DNA from: Selaginella moellendorffii
Taxonomy: Eukaryota; Plantae; Lycopodiophyta
DNA length: 64,000 nt
Direction: 5' to 3'
Assembly (NCBI RefSeq): GCF_000143415.4
Contig: NW_003314269.1
Coordinates: 2,053,544 to 2,117,543, forward strand
In this document: positions 49,252 to 61,660 of the stretch, piece by piece
How the letters are laid out: each line of letters opens with the position of its first letter
Position numbering within the stretch: the first letter of the stretch is position 1
Notes under the pieces: model-generated
The model's database searches: none
What the model was told of the DNA's origin: nothing
What the model saw: only the letters and a program-made list of their open reading frames with translations
Position numbers and translations under genes: made by a program

Positions 49252-52200
49252 CTAATCGTTGCTTTTGCGTTTTCTTCGAAAGTTTGGAATGGCCAGCAAG
49301 CTCGGATCGCGCCTTTCTTCGTCACCATCTCTTTCGTCTCTCCATTGTTTCTCGCGACGATCTTCTTCTTCCGGAGCTCCGGGACGATCCAGAGAAAACT
49401 CTTCCAGATTTTCCTCTTGGCGACGAACTTCTCCATCTTGATCTTCCGCGATGAATCCTCCACCTCTTTCCATCTCGGCCATTTCTTCTGCTTCGTAAGC
49501 TTCGAGGTCCTCCTCTGTAGGACCACGAAGATCTTCCGAGTCCTCTAGAATAAATCCTCCTCCACTTGATGCGTGTGCTCTCGGAGCAGCAAACTCTCGA
49601 GCCTCTGGATCTTCCAAAATAAATCCTCCTCCTCCTCCCGACGATTTTTCTGCTGCCTCGAAAGCTGCAATGTCCTCCTCCATTGGAACGAACTCTCGGT
49701 CTTCCGAATGAGATCCTTCCGCCGTTGAAACAAACTCTCGTGCGCCGCCATCTTCAGGTGTTTCGTCCAGTGTTCGTTCTGCGGGTGTTGTGATTTCCGG
49801 AACCTGCGCCTCTGTATCCTTTGCGGCTCCACCTTTGGCTCTTGCTTGACGTTTTCTCGGCGTCCTTTGAGCTGCTTCAGTTTTTTTCCCAGCAGCTGTC
49901 GCTTTTCTCTTCCTTGGCTTCGGAGCAGAGTTTTCGTCCGATGGTTTTATCCTCCTTGTCTTCTTCGTGGCTGGAATGGCACCATAAATCATCTCCGGCA
50001 GTGTTTGCCCCGTTATCCCAGAGACGGCTTTCTGAATCCTGCTGCTTCGGATCTTCGCGAATCGCTGGTTGAAGCTGTAGAACGCATCGATTCGTAGTTG
50101 CGTCTGCAATCAAAGATATTGCAATTACAAGCCAAGTATAGGTACGATCTTACCTCATGACGATCGTACTCTTTCAGAACTGGAACTAGAAGTTCATCGG
50201 CTTTTTCCTTTGTCCATCCGAATTTTTCAAAGCAAAACCTGTGTCACGTTAAAAACATTAAGCCAGTTGTAAGATTGCGTGATATCTTACTTCCGAAGTA
50301 AGTCGAGGTCAGGGCGACCCCACGAAAAGGTTTCCTTCGACTTGTCTACTTGAGGACATTCATACGCCTCAACTACAGCTTTGCTGGGAAAAGAAGAAGG
50401 GATCGTCCAGTTCTTGCTTACTGCACGCTAAACGAACAAGACCGAAATGCTGCTTACGAAAGAAAGCAAGAAAACTTACGTGTTTGTGCATAAATATTTC
50501 TTTTCTCTTGTCAAGCTGCACGCCAGCGTCATCACTCCCATCGAGATTATCTTGCGATTTCTTGGTCGATTTCCGAGATACACCCTGGGCCTTGTCAAGG
50601 AGCATAAGGTCCGGAGACTCTATCCAGTCTCTAAGCTTTTGCAGCCCATCCTCTTCAGGAAAGGCATTCACAACCTCGATGGCATTCACAATTCCTATAC
50701 CACTGAAACACAGAAATGTTGACGCGAGAGAAAAACTACTTGACGGATTGATATTACCTTATTCCTTCGGTATAATCACTGCCAAGTAGCATGGCCATCC
50801 GTATCAGCTTATCTCGATTCAAACCGAGATCAGACTCTGCATCCTATAAAAGTAAACGAGTCACAAAAATTAGTAAATGGGCAGCTTACCTTCATGTAGT
50901 AAGTTTCGACGTATTTGTGGCCATCGAATATGTTCTTGTAGACACTGCGGCCTCCAAAAAGAAACACGTCCGAATCATCCGTAATCACACCATCGACGAG
51001 ATCTTCTGCATCCATGAAGGCACATTGTGCTTCAGCTTCCATGGGTGCTACCACATACGGGATCCCAAACAGTTGAAGTAGTTCCTACGTAATAAGAATA
51101 AGAGTTAGTTCCCATATGAAACAAGCTACCTGGCACTCGGCAAACATTTCATTTGTAACCGTCTCCGCATTACGTTCGTTTCTCTTTTTCTCTGCTCGAA
51201 GCTCCGCTTCTTCTTGTAGCAAGTTTTCCCTTTCCTCGTTGATCCGTGCGTGCCGAGCAGCTCTGTCCTCAGCATCGAGAAACCGTTCTTCATCCTCTGT
51301 TATCATCGTTGCCTTCCTGCTTTGATCCAAATCATGGACTACTTCAGTGTTTTCCAACTCATTAGCTTGTTTTTCCAATGTGTTGTCGAGCACTGCCTTT
51401 CCTTTACGTGAGCGCTCAGATTCTTCAATGTCCTGAACTGCACCATGCTTCACAGAGTCTGGCTCTTGTATGGTAAGAGGCTTAAAAGCTTTCTGAAGGC
51501 CAAAGTCCACTAGGCTTCGACGAATTGCTTCTTCAATCTGAGCTTGTTCGTCGGATACTCCAGTAAGCTTTCCATGCTCAATGTTGCATGAGTCCTCGTT
51601 GTCCGGTTTTTGCTCAATCAATTTACCAGGAGAAACGTTCCGTGCAACTTCTTCCCCTCCAGTGCCTTTGTCATCGTCCGGTTTTGAAACCAGCGGATGG
51701 TTTTCTTCACTTTTCGTGGCGTCTGGCTCGCCAACGTCCACTAGCGAAGTGTTCTCGGAAATATTTTGTGCGACATTATCATCTTCCTCCCATTCAACTT
51801 TTTCAGCGTCAGGCAGGACTTTATCAGCTTGAGGAGGGTGACTATCAGCCTGCATGTCTTTCGTACGCTCGTATCTTTCACCTTGATTGAGAACAGTAGA
51901 ACCTGCTTGAATTTCAGCTTGTTTGTTCCCGTTTAATTCCATGACACCGGTAGTTTTCAAAGCAGAATCTCCAATACCGATCATCTTAGACTGTTTCCGA
52001 GCATCAGGTTCACAGACTGACACCACCTCGTGCCCGTCGTCTTCCCAGTCGATCTCTTCGTCCTCTTGACCACGAGCCAAAGTTTGAAATGTCTCGTCAA
52101 CCTCAAGGTTGCCATCGTCCACAAACGAAACCTGGAAGTTCTGAGCCCCTGTCTCAGTAATCACGTCATTTCTTTGAAAACGAGAAAGACTGCCAGATCC

Positions 52201-54103
52201 TGCTTCATCTTGAGCTTCTTTGGCGGAAGATATTCGTGCATCACTTCCGTAATCTTCCTCCCATTCAATTTCATCCGGCTGGCTTTCCGAAACCAACCTT
52301 GCAAAAAGCTCGTCAGGCTGGAGGCTGCCATCATCGACGAACGAGACCCTCATTCCTGTACTATTAGTCTGCCCAGCTGAAACATTGGTTTCGTCACCAT
52401 CTTCTTCAACAGCTATTTGATCTTCAGAAACCAGTTTTTCAAATGCGTAGCTCTCGTCGTCTGCTGGAAGTTCTATTGCTTCGTCTTCTTTACTTTGAGA
52501 TGCCTTGTCTTTCATAAGATATAAGTTCCACTGTAAATCACGAGTCATCCGAACACCCATTCCCCTGATCCTGCTAACTCGTTTTCTCCCTTTACTATCG
52601 AGATATGTCTGAACAGTGCTCCTATCTGCTGCTCCCCTTTCTTCTATGTCTTTAGACATCTGCTTCGCAGTAGTCTCTTCGACATTTTGCACCCCATCTT
52701 GGCTCCTGCCACAAAAGGCAAAGGGCTATTAGGAAAATGAGAATAAAACATGACATACTTTTTCTTTCCAGCTTCCGTCGAGAAAATATACTCGCGATTG
52801 GCTTCTGAAGCAATTCGAACGCTTGGAACACCATCTTTACTTATGTTCGCAGCCGCTTTTTGCACGAGATTGATATCCCGGCGAAAGGCTACTGTTTTTA
52901 AGTAAGCCTCAATCTGAAGTTTTGAAAACGAAGAAGGTGCCTGAAAAAAAATATCGTTAGCACACTACAGAATGTCAAATCTTACACACCTTCGCAACTT
53001 TCTCAAACTTCTGTCGATTTTCTGCAACAAGTTGCTCCCTCATCTGCGAAGGTAAGATTAACGAGCGTACACGCAACAATATAGATCCGAACCTCGTCAA
53101 AGAGTTGAAGTTGCATGGATGGCGGTAGCGACGCAAGAACTTCGGGATCAACTTTTCCGTTAACCACAGGCTGCCGAAAACAAGAATAACGAGATCAGAA
53201 CGAATTTCCAAACCAAAGTAAGAAGGAAGCCAGCGACGATCTAGGCAAGACAAACACAACAGCTATGGAAATATCAACATGAACTGATAGACACTGACTA
53301 TGATGATCAGCAAACTCACAGATCTAAAGGGCCGTTGGATTTACGAGTATTTGTTGTTGTTCCTCGGAGCCAGAATCCAAGTCTATGGCACCATCTTCCT
53401 CCCACTCTTTTGCTAAAGAAGCTGCCAACCTGAGATGAAACAAAAATGAAAACCACGATAGAAAACAAGAACATCAATCACTGGAAACTTACAATGCGTC
53501 GGCATTTTCTTGGTCAGAAGAAGTTTTGGCTTGAGAAGAGCTCGAAGGAATTTCTCCATTTGCTCGTGCTTGGTCTGGAGCATTTGGTTGCTCCTCACGA
53601 ACGAGTTCCTCGAGCTTCTTTGCTTTTAGCTGCAACAAGAAAAAATGAAACAAGAGAGTCAGAGACGCTGAGAATGAAACTCACACACGTACGTGATTCA
53701 GCAGTAGCTTCTCAGCCGTCTTGCGGATTTTCGACTGTGCTTGCTCTCGCTGCCTTCTCCTCGCAATCACAGTCCTCCTCTTCAAGAATGGCGTGCCACC
53801 ATCGAAGACAAACACAGGCTTGACGCGGAGGAACAAGAGCTTGCAAATCCGGCGAAAGAATCCCAGGAGGTGCGCATTGCGCATCACTTCTCCACGATCA
53901 TCGCGCATAGCCTTGAGAAACTGGATGATCCAAATGCTGGCATCTAGAAAAAAAGAGATGAAGACTTGTAACAGCTGGAGAGAAATCCCAAGCTCGCGAA
54001 TCACAAGAATCTCACCGATCGCCAGCTTCTTGTTGCCGAGGAGCTCCACCGACACGCGCCGCCCCACTGGCGCCAAGAGCTCCCATAATCCATGAACTCC
54101 CAT
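49252..54103 (-). CDS. UVH3: XPG/Rad2 structure-specific endonuclease
   Basis: [43 protein letters not shown], long acidic spacer, [23 protein letters not shown]3TH region and [21 protein letters not shown]. Confidence 0.95.
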
Positions 54104-54154
54104 GAAGAAACTCTAGGTTTATTTAGGGCTCCTTACATCCAACAAGAGGGGAGA

Positions 54155-55884
54155 ATGGCGGAGGAGGACGATCGCTTCTTCCAGCAGCGACTGGCCAATC
54201 TGTGAGTACTGCGCTCCAGCGGCATAGAATCGATTGAGAATTCTCTTGTCACAGGAGGCAATCCCGGGAGCTCTTTGAGAACACAAGGAAGCTGCTCAAT
54301 CAGCAAACCACGGACGCTGGAGGCTACTTTGGGAGATTGTGCTTGCAGCTCAAGGACGATCAGAGCAGCGTCAAGGCTCTGCAAGAGATGAGCTCGAATT
54401 TGCTACTCAGAATCGCGAATGGAATGAATCTCTTCCAGGTGAGCTTGTTTTCTTCGATCATTATTGGATTATAGGTTGCTGCGCAGGGTGGAAATGGAAA
54501 TGTGGATGGTGATCGTTTGGTATCGGACACTGCCTCGGCTCACAGGTATGTTCTTACTTTCTTTTCATTCGGTACATTTGGTCGACTAAAGCTAGCCTTG
54601 ATACCAGCGAGACCAGCGCATTTTCTTTGGCTAAATGCAAAGCGTCGGCTACTTCTTTCACACCCCGGCTTCCATCTAGACCAGTTGGTAGAAGCGATTT
54701 CGTGCGAGGGCTGGAAAAATCGAATGCTACTATCAGTTAAGATCAGACAACAACGAACACTAAAACAGAAGAAAATGGTATTCGTTCTTGGTTTTTGTTC
54801 TTCTGGTCAACTGATCATGGTGTTTCTTTCGTGAGTAGATTCACTCTTCTCTGAGGAGGAGGATCCTCCACAAGCCGGGCTTGCTGCTTTAGAAGAAGAC
54901 GCTAAGAAAGATGAAGATCACAAACGAAGTTCGAGCGATCGGGCATCCTCTTCTACAAGCCCCTCGGAGACGGACTCGGATGCCCTCAACGCTCTCGTAA
55001 CGGATGAGCTTCTCCAGCATGAAACTCCGAGAACAGGAGAAAACCAAATCGAGGTCGAGCACGTCGAAGATGATCGTCACCATTCCAAGCACAACAACGA
55101 TGCTGCTCTTGACTTCCAGCCTCCCAGCGAGGAGCTCCTAGCTCTCGGCCGGCTTACATCCATGGAGAAGCTCTCCATGCTGTGCACGCTCATCAACACG
55201 CTCAACTTCTGGGAGGACGAGCTCCTTCTCGACGGAAGCTGGACGACTACCACTCAGAGCTCGGTCTACACGCTCATCGCCGCGGCACGGGAGAGCCAGA
55301 AACGGCTCTTCAAGATGCTGAGCTCGTCCGATCACTCCAGGGCGGGGCTGTGCTGTGCCGCCATTCGCGAGCTCGTAAGAGCTTATCCTCCCGAGAGGCT
55401 ACTCCCGGCTGGATTCCTCGTGGTCTTACTCAAGAACACAGACACTGTGGAGAGACTAGAAGCTTTCCAGGACAACGATGCTGCTAGCTTCTGGGATATG
55501 CTCATGACTTTCGCGGTGACGCTCATGGACGAGCATGGCAACACGGCAGAACAAGTCGGCTCCATGCTGCTCGACTTTGTCGTTCCGGCTCTAGCTGCGG
55601 AGCAGCAGCCACTGGTGGAAGATCCGGAAGAAGCCCGAGCTGTTCTCCGTCTCTTCCTGGTGTCACACATTTGCTGCCGGATCATGTACAAGGGAGCCAG
55701 GGCCAATAGTAGCAGCAGCAGTGGCTCCAACGAAAGATCAAGCTTTCATAGCAAAAGTGATATCTCGGACAGTGAAAGCAAAGTTCTTAAGCTGGAGAAA
55801 TCTAAAGGGCGAAAGACCAAGCGGCTGTGGAAGTCTGTGCTAGCGCTGGCTTGGAAGAAAAACTCGACTAAATCTTGGCGTTAA
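54155..55884 (+). CDS. Uncharacterised spliced protein (probably 4 exons)
   Basis: ATG 54155 (MAEEDDRFFQQRLAN), GT-AG introns and an acidic linker in frame with the 240-aa ORF 55162-55884. No domain recognised. Confidence 0.6.
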
Positions 55885-56202
55885 TAAGAACTGCATTAAG
55901 GGGCTTAAGCGGGGATAGATCAGCTCGGAGAGCATCACTGAAGTTCTGAAGGCCGCGTGTTCGATCCACGCAAGAGTGGCTTCGAAGAAAACTCGACTAA
56001 ATTTTGGCGCTAAGAACTTGATTACAAGCTTAAGCGGGGATAGATCAGCTCGGAAGCGTCACTGACGATCTGAAGGTCGCGTGTTCGATCCACGCTCACC
56101 GCAAGAGTGCCTTCGAAGAAAACTCGACTAAATTTTGGCGCTAAGAACTTGATTACAAGCTTAAGCAGGGATAGATCGCGTGTTGAATCCACGCTCACCG
56201 CA
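55855..56202 (+). repeat. Three ~130-bp tandem units, each with a degenerate tRNA-Phe (55909-55971, 56034-56103, 56165-56202)
   Basis: gcggggatag.tcag...gaaggtcgcgtgttcgatccacgctcaccgca matches plant cytosolic tRNA-Phe(GAA). Each copy has an anticodon-arm defect, a truncation or a deletion. A T-run follows the last copy. Confidence 0.85.
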
Positions 56203-56239
56203 ATAGTTTTTTCATTAGTGAGAAAAAGTGAATGCTTCG

Positions 56240-56820
<581 letters not shown>

Positions 56821-57315
56821 TTTCAACCCCAGGCCTAGAACGGATATTCGTCAACGTTAACCGGATATTCGAGTCTGCCCTAATGCTTACGTGGAGCGTG
56901 AGTGCCACGTGTAAAGTGGCCGTGGTATAAATTGATTCTCTCCGAATATTTTGCCCCAGTTCGTTCGCGATCGCTGGGAGCTCGAGGTAAGCCAATGCGT
57001 GTTCTTTCCTGTCAATCGCTGCTTCTCCGGTGCTCTGCCTGTGATATTATGGATTCCTCTTGCCTCTTTTCGGGATCTTGATCGCGTCCTTGCTCGATTG
57101 AATCTTTCTTGCCTCTCCTCTGGATCTTTCTACGATTTGATCGCATCGGCACTTGATCGTTGCTCTCCTTTGCCGATTCCATGCTTCGCGTGAATCTTTC
57201 TTGCGTCTTCTCTGGATCTTGATCGCTCCCGCTCTAGAATCGCCTCGATCTTGATGGATTTCTTGCGGATTTTGACCATTCGATCCCGCTCTCGCCATTC
57301 CCAGGGTGTCTCGCG

Positions 57316-58704
57316 ATGGATCTCGACGGCAGCAACCGCCTCCTGCGCCTGATCGCGATCTTTCTCTCGATCGTCTCCGCGGCACATGCATTCGGCTACA
57401 TGAGCACCATGGCGGCGCTGTGGGGATCCGGCTCCTCCCCGGTCAAGAGCTTCTCCGTCTGTGGCATCGACGCGAGCTCCGGCAATCCACGCTGCTGGGG
57501 CACATTCGCGATCAACAACGCCTCCATCCCGCCCGCCAACATCTCGCTCTGGTCGCTCACCGGCGGCGCATACTTCGCTTGCGGCCTCACGCTCGACGGC
57601 CACAACCCCGTGTGTTGGGGCCAGACCCCGGGCAGCATCGTCCCCGCGGCCTTCCAGAGCGTCCGCTACTCCACCATCAACTGCGGCGGCTGGCACGTCT
57701 GCGCAATCCGGGACAAGAGCATCCTCCCGGGCGACGAGGGCCGGGTGGACTGCTGGGGCAACAACGATTTCGGCCAGTGCTCGCCCCCGATCACCATCCC
57801 CATGCGCAGCATCACCGCAGGCGACTACTTCTCGTGCGGCCTCACGCAGTACACGGGCCGGGTCGTGTGCTGGGGCCAGATGTCCGGCGACCACAACGAT
57901 TCCGCCCAGCGCAACCGCTTCAACCAGCGCAGCCTCTTCGACACCATCGCGGCGGGGCGGACACACGTCTGTGGCATCCTCCGGAAGGACCACCGCGCGC
58001 TGTGCTGGGGCGCCAACGATCACGGCCAGTGCTCGCCGCCGGAGGGGGTGGCCTTCTCGGCCATCTCCGCGGGGATGTTCCACACTTGCGGCATCCGGCT
58101 CGACAACCACTCGGCGCAGTGCTGGGGGGACGATTCGGTCGGCCAGTCGAGCGCTCCCGCGGGCGTGGCCTTCTCGCTCATCACCGCCGGGGATCGATAC
58201 ACTTGCGGCGTGAGGCTGGATCGGGATGATCACGGAGGCGTGGAGTGCTGGGGGAATCAAGTGGCGGCGCCGCCCGACCTGGGATTCAACGCGAGCCAGG
58301 GGGTGTGCGTGGAGAGCTCGTCGTGCCGATCCACTCAGTTTGAGCTCGCGCCTCTGGTGGTGGTGGCTGGGGACAATCTCACGGAGACCGCGGCGACCAC
58401 CGGGTGTAAGATCTGCTCGCCTTGCGCTACGTGCGGCGATGGGTTCTACGAGGCGGCCGCTTGCGGCCAGAGCCGGGACACGGAGTGCTCGAGCTGCGCG
58501 GCTTGCCGGTTCCACGAGCACGATCGGTGTACCAAGGTTTGCGAGCGCTACCGTCGGATGGGCGATGATGGGAGGGGCTCGGGCAGGAAGAAACCCGCGG
58601 CGGTGACTGCTGCTAAGAGCAGTGTCAAAGCTGCGGCAGTGCCATTCCTCGCCGGGAAGACGACGGTCATGGCGGTGGTGATCTTTTCTTTGGCTTTGTT
58701 CTAG
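57316..58704 (+). CDS. CRINKLY4-like ectodomain protein without kinase domain
   Basis: Signal peptide, seven crinkly (RCC1-like) repeats ending in CWG, a TNFR-like Cys-rich region, and a hydrophobic C-terminus ending at the stop. Single GC-rich exon. Confidence 0.85.
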   Translation: MDLDGSNRLLRLIAIFLSIVSAAHAFGYMSTMAALWGSGSSPVKSFSVCGIDASSGNPRCWGTFAINNASIPPANISLWSLTGGAYFACGLTLDGHNPVCWGQTPGSIVPAAFQSVRYSTINCGGWHVCAIRDKSILPGDEGRVDCWGNNDFGQCSPPITIPMRSITAGDYFSCGLTQYTGRVVCWGQMSGDHNDSAQRNRFNQRSLFDTIAAGRTHVCGILRKDHRALCWGANDHGQCSPPEGVAFSAISAGMFHTCGIRLDNHSAQCWGDDSVGQSSAPAGVAFSLITAGDRYTCGVRLDRDDHGGVECWGNQVAAPPDLGFNASQGVCVESSSCRSTQFELAPLVVVAGDNLTETAATTGCKICSPCATCGDGFYEAAACGQSRDTECSSCAACRFHEHDRCTKVCERYRRMGDDGRGSGRKKPAAVTAAKSSVKAAAVPFLAGKTTVMAVVIFSLALF

Positions 58705-59829
58705 AGTTTGCGCGTAGTCAATCCGATGATTCATCAGGTTTATTAACTGTTTTGGGGCCTTTATTATTCGCTTCTTTTTACATAAGAGTAGTTAGGGTAT
58801 TTATATAGATGGGGTAATCTTTTTATTGAAGAGAATATACTAACCAATTTGAGATTCTTGAACCACGCACAGTGGATTTATGTTGAGAATGCTGTCCTCA
58901 TAGAGCTGCCAAAGAGAAAATAAAAGAAAATCTATAAAGAACATGGATCCATGAGAGATCATAGTACCTTGGATGCCAAGGCATAGCCATGGATGATCTT
59001 GCTAAAGATGCAATTGTTAGCTTCCTACTGCTGGTGTTATGATGATCCCCATCTTCTAGATGGGATCGAGCTTGTGATGAAAATCCCCAGCTTCTATCAA
59101 GATCACAATAGATTTCATCAACCTAGAATTGGCAAGCCAGCAGCAATGGTAGCTTACGCTGAGAGGGCAACGTTTGGAGAGGCATTGAATGATTCACTAA
59201 TGATTCCTTCACTTCAATTGATATGCATTCTCACTTTGGCAACTCGTCCTAAGGCAAAGAATATCTTAAAATATTTTTTCCCTTCATATCAAAATCCCAA
59301 AGCACCAATATTTTTGGCAAAGGTTTAACAAGAATGATTCTCTAGATGCCAATATCATAACATTCTTAAAAAGTTGATCAAGTGCCAAATAAGTCTCACC
59401 ACTGCAATTCATTACACAAGCATCCACATTTCCATCTGCATCAATCTAGTGCACACACATCCACATTTGCATCTGCATCGGGCATATTAAACATGGATTG
59501 TGTGTAATCTCTTTTTACAATTAGCATTCTTCATCACATAGCATATTGCCAACATTTTTCATTGTTGTGCCTTGCCATGCTTATCTTTGTTTCATTCCTC
59601 ACATCATATAGTGCATCACTAGCATTGCTCATGGCTATGCATCACCATGCTCATTCTTGTTTCATTTTTTGCATTGTATAGTGTATTGCTAGTATTGTTT
59701 ATTGTTGTGCAAGATTATGTTCATTATTGTTTGTTAGTGGTTATGTGGAGAGGAAAAATGATTTGTGATAGGAAAAATTATAGATATAATATCATGAAAA
59801 AGGGATTTGACATCATCTTGCAAGCTTTC

Positions 59830-61660
59830 AACAATTCAACAATAATAAAAATGAAGAAAGCATGATGGCTGCAATGTAAGTTTTTTTTTTCTTTTACTTC
59901 TATAATTTCTTTTTTGCTAGGTACCTTGGAATTCCATTTAAAAACACACTCTTTCGAGTTTATGCGTCAACTACTACACATGGCAAATGTGTGATTTTGT
60001 TCTCCAAGCACAATATTAAAGATGAGAGTGACAATAAAGCTGAAAACGGGGAGCGAGAGGATGCTAACAACATCAAGGAGTCCACATGTGAACAAAAAGG
60101 GGGAGCCAAAGGATGTTATGAACCCAAGTGGTGATGGCAATAATATGATTAAGAACGGTGACCCAAACCTAGATACGACTAAGAATGAAGAGCCCCCGGA
60201 TGCAAATGAGAACGAGGACCCAAACAAGAATGCAAACCATGAAGGTGACGAGCCAAATGTGGAACTTAATGCCGAGCTAGATCCCAATGACAAAGAGAAG
60301 GGTAAGGAGGAAATAGAGGAACTATTCTAAAAGATATATTGACTAGGGAGAGTTGGCAAAGGACTTTTAATAACTATCATTAATAAGAATTGTTTATTTT
60401 GTTGCAATGTAATGTAGAACATTGTTTGCATGTAAGGCCTTTTAGTGACTTTAGGATAGAGTGGCTGGAAAGGTTTTTCAATTTCATAGCAAGAAGTGGA
60501 AGTGATTCCACAAGTATATGCTTAGTACTTTCTATCATTTCTAATTTTTTTTATTGTACAGTTGCAATTACACAAATTAATTTCCATTTAAAAATTCTTG
60601 AAATGCTCCCTCTACAAAGTAGTGGTTCTAAAGTGGGAGTAAGCCTAAATGAGGCTTACTAGACTTGGATCATGGAGTGGACTAAAGCAATCTGATTATG
60701 GGTAAGCAAGATAATGTAGAGGTGACCCTAAACCCTGTGCTCACTGAACAATTCAATAATAATAAAAATGAAGAAAGCATGATGGCTACAATGTAAGTTT
60801 TTTTTTTCTTTTACTTCTATAATTTCTTTTTTGCTAGGTACCTTGGAATTCCATTTAAAAACACACTCTTTCGAGTTTATGCGTCAACTACTAAACATGG
60901 CAAATGTGTGATTTTGTTCTCCAAGCACAATATTAAAGATGAGAGTGATAATAAAGCTGAAAACGGGGAGCGAGAGGATGCTAACAACATCAAGGAGTCC
61001 ACATATGAACAAAAAGGGGGAGCCAAAGGATGTTATGAACCCAAGTGGTGATGGCAATAATATGATTAAGAACGGTGACCCAAACCTAGATACGACTAAG
61101 AATGAGGAGCCCCCGGATGCAAATGAGAACGAGGACCCAAACAAGAATGCAAACCATGAAGGTGACGAGCCAAATGTGGAACTTAATGCCGAGCTAGATC
61201 CCAATGACAAAGAGAAGGGTAAGGAGGAAATAGAGGAACTATTCTAAAAGATATATTGACTAGGGAGAGTTGGCAAAGGACTTTTAATAACTATCATTAA
61301 TAAGAATTGTTTATTTTGTTGCAATGTAATATAGAACATTGTTTGCATGTAAGGCCTTTTAGTGACTTTAGGATAGAGTGGCTGGAAAGGTTTTTCAATT
61401 TCATAGCAAGAAGTGGAAGTGATTCCACAAGTATATGTTTAGTACTTTCTATCATTTCTAATTTTTTTTATTGTACAGTTGCAATTACACAAATTAATTT
61501 CCATTTAAGAATTCTTGAAATGCTCCCTCGTGGTTCTAAAATGGAAGTAAACCTAAATGAGGCTCACTAGGCTTGGATCATGGAGTGGACTAGAGTAATC
61601 TGATTATGGGTAAGCAAAATAATGTAGAGGTGACCCTAAACCCTAAACCTTGTGCTCACT
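59830..61660. repeat. Recent tandem duplication with a ~917-bp unit in AT-rich, probably TE-derived DNA
   Basis: Near-identical ORF pairs offset by 917 bp (59967/60884, 60022/60939, 60390/61307). Confidence 0.92.

Noticed and set aside
55855-56202. CRISPR-like repeat array or functional tRNA cluster
   Set aside because: Eukaryotic context, whole units are repeated with no unique spacers, and each tRNA copy is structurally defective.
57130-58734. 534-aa ORF on the minus strand, plus other overlapping frames
   Set aside because: Antisense shadow of the GC-rich CRINKLY4-like gene; Arg/Ala-rich with no domain.
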